A stretch of DNA of 62,123 bases, counting the filler, from Vannella sp. (lineage: Eukaryota), in NCBI GenBank assembly GCA_023345925.1. It is 6 parts of 6 records of this genome, joined end to end, with 100 filler letters (N's around TTAATTAATTAA, not from the genome) between each part and the next. Parts side by side here need not be neighbours in the genome. Positions count along the whole stretch, not along the records: positions 50,741 to 57,522 come from JAJQQN010001016.1; positions 57,623 to 62,123 come from JAJQQN010000058.1; 4 more parts are not named here. One strand, given 5' to 3'. The position numbers and the translations under genes are program-made. Each line of letters begins with the position of its first letter. The first letter of the stretch is position 1. Positions 55,943-62,123 of the stretch are shown piece after piece. Below the pieces are notes generated by a model that ran no database searches, was not told the origin of the DNA, and saw nothing but the letters and a program-made list of their open reading frames with translations.

Positions 55943-57256
55943 TTATTCACGGTTGGCATACGAGGATGCAGTCAGCTTCAATTCAGTCATGGGAGTGGGA
56001 TTCCAGTCAAACACTAATTCTGACAGCTGCAGAGGCCGTGGCCCGGATCGTAAGATCTGTAGAGTACTAATTTGTTCGCTGGTAAGATAAGGAAAGATCC
56101 AATCCAAAAGATCTGAGTCATCAGGAGCCTCAAAGTCAGGTCTATTGCGAGAGAACATTTGAGGAAGGAATACCTTCGAATGGTCAGTTCCTGGTTCGGG
56201 TTTGAAGATGACTTACTTCGCATGTCTCGGTATTAATCCTAACGAACCTTTGGAGGTAGGCACTGACAGCAAAGTCAATCTCTCTTTCACTTTCAGCCGT
56301 TGTCAAAACGGTTATTTTCGGGCAAGAAAGGGCCAAGAAGCTGACCAAAAAGTGAATTCGGGGATCCACATTAATACAAGCGTAGAGAATACGCCTATCT
56401 GAGTCTCTGAAGCGTGGCTTTGGCCTATTTGGATGACTCCGATTCCCTCGGAGAATGCCTTCGTAGATATCCAGCAGGGCCCACTTGAGGCCCCCAATAT
56501 TGTACTCGTGGAATGTAAAGAAGGCGCTCTTACTCTTTCTATCTGCCAGAGGAGGTCCTGACTCCATTCCGATATGCAAAGCCAGAGTATTAAAAATATT
56601 CACCCAAAATGGGACTCGTTCTGCTTCTCTGATGTCCCCAAGCGATATCTGAGGCGATTATTAGACCTATGAACTTGCTAGAGAGTACATACTCGCTTGA
56701 GAGAACTAAGAACTAGACGGAATTCGAAGTACTCTGCGGAGGAACGGAGAACCATCGTGTTTCCCTCGTGGAAGCGCGCCAGTGAAAGTGCTAGGCAAAG
56801 AAGTTGTCCTGATACATTCAGTGGATGAATACGCGTTGTATCTGTCCGCTCTCCTAGCTGGTTGAGGACTTGAGGCGTCACCTCGTCCTCCTACACACGT
56901 TCAGAAAGCGTCCCCACACGCCCCTGCACTTCGTAGCTTACCGAGAAACGATAGAATAGGTATTCATTTCGGAAAGGGTGCTCTCTATGGACGTGGTCGA
57001 ACAAGCCCTTCTTCTGCATGGCCAAACCGATCTCCACCGCCTTCTCGTACGAACAATCCTGGGTGTGGGCTATCCAAGACACTGCCTCACTACCCACAAA
57101 GCAGCTGGGATATGTCCTCCAATGATACGTGCGATCTTCCACTACCACAGACCGCATCTCCTCTTTCAAACGGAAGTGAAAGGCGTCCTCGCCCTGCATG
57201 CTTCCCCTGGCTCGCCAATTAATGATCTCCGAACGCTGTGTAACACTCATAATCAT
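55943..57256 (-). CDS. DEP domain plus DUF547 protein
   Basis: DRTYHWRTYPSCFVGSEAVSW...LFYRF (DEP); FWVNIFNTL, GILRGN, DPRIHF...SCP, FDWN (DUF547). Confidence 0.88.
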
Positions 57257-57345
57257 GCATGCCTGCTAGGAAACTCCTTTTTCTTGAAACATGAAAAGAA
57301 AATCCACGAGCGAAGGGAAGACTTAATCCGCTGGCCTCCGTTGAA

Positions 57346-57512
57346 AGTGCTTCTAAATTCGACTAGCACCGATCCAAATGGGGTTTTTATATGCTTTTAA
57401 GAGGGTTACTTTTCCCTCGTTCTGAGGGATGGTCAAGTGAGCCCAAAAAGAACCCCGACTAAAACACATAAAAAGTCCATTGGTAAAGGTCCCGATCGAA
57501 TTTAGAGGCACT
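57346..57512. mobile_element. MITE-like 167-bp imperfect palindrome
   Basis: 17-bp terminal inverted repeats AGTGCTTCTAAATTCGA / TCGAATTTAGAGGCACT (one mismatch) plus internal degenerate symmetry; no clear target-site duplication. Confidence 0.6.
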
Positions 57513-57522
57513 GAGAGAGTTC

Positions 57523-57622
57523 NNNNNNNNNNNNNNNNNNNNNNNNNNNNNNNNNNNNNNNNNNNNTTAATTAATTAANNNNNNNNNNNNNNNNNNNNNN
57601 NNNNNNNNNNNNNNNNNNNNNN
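57523..57622. other. Artificial contig linker
   Basis: N-TTAATTAATTAA-N. Confidence 0.98.
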
Positions 57623-57835
57623 AATGGCAATGGTGGACTCAGGGCATCAGCGATGGGGCATGCCTTCACTCATCGTTATCGTGGTCTATCAAAGCGTCAG
57701 CTCATGTACGTCATTTAAAATCACAATGATTCAATCCAGTAAAGCAATGCAAAGGTATTATCAAAGAACTGTTCATATCATTTATCACCATAATGTGTTG
57801 TTTTTACAACATTCTTATATTGCACAGTAATAGTA

Positions 57836-58253
<418 letters not shown>

Positions 58254-58489
58254 TGATAGTGTGAGGTTTAGGGACTCTCTTCTACCTCTGCGCGCATTTA
58301 AGCTCCACCAATGGACCCAAGGAGAGGAAAGGCACATTCCAATCCTCTTCTTCTCTCTTGATTAAAAAGAGCCAGTGCTGGTAGACAAGTTCTACTTGTC
58401 TAAGGCACTCTCAGACCTGGCAAAACTCTCAAACTCAAAGACCTGATTGATATTGCCTCTGCGTTCCAGACAGCAAAAACAAAAGCAAA

Positions 58490-58561
58490 AGGACCCAACC
58501 GGATTTGAACCGGTGACCTGTCGATCTGCAGTCGACCGCTCTACCACTGAGCTATAGATCC
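58490..58561 (-). tRNA. tRNA-Cys (GCA), intronless
   Basis: GGATCTATAGCTCAGTGGTAGAGCGGTCGACTGCAGATCGACAGGTCACCGGTTCAAATCCGGTTGGGTCCT forms a cloverleaf; T-run follows. Confidence 0.96.
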
Positions 58562-58770
58562 GAAATGCACGAAAAATGCTGCAAAATTTTGACTTTCTAA
58601 TACACGATAATGCATGACCTGTTTGTGTCGGGTGTTTTTCTTCTTGTGCTTGTGTGGGCACCGTCGGCCTTCTCCAGACCTTCAGAGCTCATTTGCACTT
58701 GCTTGGGTTTGAAAGGGATCAGGTTGCTTCGGTGCTCAGTGAACACTGATGGTTGAGGGGAGATGCTGAT

Positions 58771-58782
58771 TTTGGCGGGAAA
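58771..58782. promoter_or_regulatory. E2F-like site TTTGGCGGGAAA upstream of MCM5
   Basis: Contains TTTCCCGC on the minus strand, 18 nt before the MCM5 ATG. Confidence 0.55.
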
Positions 58783-58800
58783 GTGTCATTTCGCTTGTTG

Positions 58801-61235
58801 ATGTCTTTGGCAGGCTGGGATGCAGGCTCAGTGACGGTATCGTCGAAGAGTCATATGGAGAACGACGAAGGAACAGATTGGGATATGGACGGAGTGCCAA
58901 ACACGTCTCGGCTTGAAGTTCAAAAGGAAGAAGCGCAACGCCGGTTCTTGCTGTTCATTCGCGACTTCAAGGTCGACAACACCTTCGTTTATAGGTGAGT
59001 TGAGCTCTACTCCATCGAAGCTTCTCATTCCGACAGGGAACAGGGATCAACTGCGAAGCAACTTCACGCTGATGAAGCTCTTTCTCCGTGTGGAGTTAGA
59101 ACACCTCTTTCAGTTTGATGAAGAGCTTGCCAATCTCATTCAGCACTTTCCTTCGCAACTCCTGCCCGCTGTACGTGTGCTCTCTCTCACATCGACTGAT
59201 TGTGACTCACTACCCTTTCTAGTTTGAGGATGCTGCTGCAGAGGCCGCCCAGCTGGGTACTGTTCGTGACATGTTGGACCTCAACCCTACCGACACACTG
59301 AGGCCACAAGTGATCCTCCGCTCCAAACAACAGCCATTGCTCATTCGGGACTTGCATTCGGACCATGTTGGCAAACTCGTCGTCGTTCCCGGCATTATCA
59401 TCAGCGCCTCGAAGACGAACTCAAAGCCAACACAGCTCCAGTTAGTCTGCCGCTTCTGTGGGAAGAAAAAGTCCATTCCGGCTGCGCCTGGATTCCAATC
59501 GACGCCGCTTCCACTTCAATGTGACAGCCAACTGCTTCGTGAGGAGACCAATGGGGCTTCTGGAGAAGGTGCAGCGCCTGCAATAGCCCCTGGAGCAGCG
59601 CCTGTCAAGTGTGGAGGCAGCCCGTACATGGTGTTAGGAGATGAGTGCGAGTTTGTCGATCAGCAGATCCTCAAACTGCAGGAATCCCCCGAGGAAGTGC
59701 CCACTGGTGAGATGCCACGCCACCTGCGCCTCTCTGCAGAGAGATACCTGGTGGCCAACACCCCACCAGGATCCAGAGTCATCGTAACGGGAATCTATTC
59801 CGTCTCTCAGTCTGGCATCGGAGAGAAGGGGACGGGAGAGAACGTATCCGTCCGACCAGGATATCTTCATATTGTGGGTATCAATGTAGACGAAGACGGG
59901 TCAGGCCGTTCCCTCCAAAACTACACGCACGAAGAAGAACAGCGTTTCATTGAATTCAGCCGAACCAGCAATGTTTACGAGCTTATCTCTCAGAGTATCG
60001 CTCCTGCCATCTATGGGCACGAAGACAAGAAGAAGGCGATAGCCTGCCTCCTTTTTGGCGGGAGTACGAAGCATTTACCGGACGGAATGCGCATTCGAGG
60101 AGACATTAATGTTCTCCTTTTGGGAGATCCGGGCACTGCCAAGTCCCAGTTCCTCAAGTTTGTAGAGCGAGCCGCGCCTATTGGAGTATACACTTCTGGT
60201 AAGGGAAGCAGTGCAGCAGGTCTAACTGCCTCTGTGATTCGCGAGCCACAAACAAAAGAGTATTACTTGGAGGGAGGCGCCATGGTCCTCGCTGATGGTG
60301 GAGTGGTGTGCATTGATGAATTCGATAAGATGCACACTCATGACCGCGTGGCCATCCACGAAGCGATGGAGCAACAGACAATCTCCATTGCCAAAGCGGG
60401 AATTACAACGATTTTGAACGCCCGTACGTCCGTTCTAGCCGCTGCAAATCCTATCTTTGGGTCTTATGATGATATGAGAACCCCCGTCGAGAACATTGAG
60501 TTCCAAAGCACCATTCTCTCTCGCTTTGACATGATTTTTGTGGTGAGGGACCACCGGAATGAGGAGAGAGACCGCACCATTGCTGGTCACGTTATGGCTG
60601 TGCATACAGACGGCAACGCTCAATCCAATGATTCGGGAGTGGAAGTCACCTTCCTGAAGAGGTACATTGGATACTGCCGCACCCGCTGCGCCCCGGTCCT
60701 AACCCAACGCGCTGCTGATGTGTTGCGCAACCACTACGTGACAATCAGATCTTCAGTCAATCAACGCAATACGAATGGCAAGCAATCCGCGATTCCGATT
60801 ACGGTGCGCCAACTGGAAGCGATTGTCCGAATCTCGGAGAGCATTGCGAAGATGAGCTTGTCCCCCATCACCAACGAAGAGCATGTGAATGAGGCTATTC
60901 GGTTGTTCAAGAGTTCTACGTTAGAAGCAGCCCTAGTGGGAGCCTCTTCTTCGGAGAATCTTCCTCCTGAATTGATGAACGAAGTCAACCAAGCAGAACT
61001 CCTCCTCAAAAGGAGACTTCCCATTTCTGCCCGCGGAAACACCCAAAAGATCATGAAGGAACTCGAGTACAAGCACGTAAGTCCTCCTTCTCCGTGAGTT
61101 TTCTGGAACACCAGTGGACTCACCTGCGCACAGAAACTCACCAAGATTGCTGTGCAAAAGGCCATCGCGATCATGGTCCAGCGTAACGAGCTGCAATACC
61201 GAAATCAGCGCAAAGAGATTTACCGCTGCCGTTAG
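58801..61235 (+). CDS. MCM5: DNA replication licensing factor MCM5
   Basis: MSLAGWD start, LQESPEEVPTGEMPRH, GDPGTAKSQ, CIDEFDKM, ILSRFD, IPITVRQLEA; three introns. Confidence 0.97.
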
Positions 61236-61529
61236 GTCTCCCAGGAAGAGCCTTTTGGGGACTTTCCCTTCGCATAAACGCGCCGTCTGTTCATCAACAG
61301 ACCCTCTAAGCAGTTCTTTGAGCCCACCCCAGTGAAGAGTTTTCTGCGGTTTACCAAATTTCGTAGAAAATGTGGTTTTGGTGGATCAGAGACAAAGTTT
61401 GGAGAAACTCTCGATTCGGGTCTAACTCCCGAGAGAGGACTGGGTGCTTCCAAAGACTAAGAACAGGAAGTTATAAGGTCAGAGGAGCCTCCAATCAGCC
61501 TAACTTGTCATAGTGTACCAGTGGAGGTC

Positions 61530-61561
61530 AGAAGGACGGAAGGGCGACCTTCCGTCCTTCT
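61530..61561. repeat. Perfect 14-bp hairpin with GCGA tetraloop
   Basis: AGAAGGACGGAAGG-GCGA-CCTTCCGTCCTTCT. Confidence 0.9.
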
Positions 61562-61641
61562 TCGATTTATTACCGAAAGGTGGTTACGTGTAAGCTAATG
61601 GATGCAACAGGGTGTTTCTCCAACAAGGTGAATGGCCACGT

Positions 61642-62088
61642 CTAATGTGAGGGGGTGGAAGGAACGAAGACTTCTTCCAAGACCGCCGAAGGCTGGTTTC
61701 CTCTCTCGCACCAAACCATACTGAATGGCGGATTGGACGGTTCTGTGATATGGAAGATCCAGATTTTGTGAGTGAGCGTCTCAAAGCTAACTGAACTTGA
61801 AGCTCTACGGGGAACGAGCTTCCAAAAGGTCACCTGAGTGTTACAGTCTCGGAGAGAGAGCTCTCTCTTCGCTTTGGTCTGGCTCCAACGCCATCCATGA
61901 CGGATAGGAATGTTACGCACCCTCACATGCGTATCTATGAAGGTGGCTGATCCTGTTACAAAGCGGATAGCATCGAAGGTACTCATTAAACACTCTTGTT
62001 GGGAATGGAAAAGGAAGGAATGGAACGCTCTTCGCTCCTCAGGCTGCAGCCCCAAAGGCAGGGATACCACGTAGTTGAACGACGGCAT
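61642..62088 (-). CDS. Hypothetical protein, possibly with a further 3' exon
   Basis: 148-aa ORF with globular, Trp-rich composition (HGWRWSQTK...KIWIF...VWCERG). Confidence 0.5.
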   Translation of the reverse strand: MPSFNYVVSLPLGLQPEERRAFHSFLFHSQQECLMSTFDAIRFVTGSATFIDTHVRVRNIPIRHGWRWSQTKAKRELSLRDCNTQVTFWKLVPRRASSSVSFETLTHKIWIFHITEPSNPPFSMVWCERGNQPSAVLEEVFVPSTPSH

Positions 62089-62123
62089 AGAAGAGTGATG
62101 CCGAAGAGCGCCTCACAGTCCGT

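Overview
Eukaryotic DNA from a very compact, gene-dense genome with short GT-AG introns (mostly about 45-90 nt). The window is six contigs (1-8908, 9009-27476, 27577-34407, 34508-50640, 50741-57522, 57623-62123) joined by artificial 100-nt N-TTAATTAATTAA-N linkers, so adjacency across linkers has no biological meaning. Gene content (LRR-RasGEF, FHA-formin, WASH subunit, PAK, Zn2Cys6 factor in a non-fungal-looking genome, a selenoprotein) suggests a protist, most plausibly an amoebozoan; this is inference only. Housekeeping genes include Furry/Tao3-like, SNF2/BRG1, PNKP, EMC8/9, PTH2, COG8, STE24, importin-5, an ABC1 kinase, MCM5 and tRNA-Cys. Most notable: (1) a surface-receptor family built as signal peptide-LRR-Ser/Thr mucin stalk-GPS(GAIN)-single TM, in which five LRRs are separate symmetric 69-nt exons with homologous introns and variable exposed residues; (2) a hidden Rdx/SelW-MIEN1-like selenoprotein with in-frame UGA, a SECIS element and a CaaX box, absent in full from the ORF track; (3) a helical-repeat plus RAP/PD-(D/E)xK nuclease protein; (4) an MTA9/AMT6-7-like MT-A70 protein; (5) a degenerate NagB fused to a PIG-L deacetylase; (6) MITE-like elements, one abutting a phosphoglucomutase pseudogene fragment. 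All family calls are by motif recognition without database searches; exon boundaries were inferred by eye.
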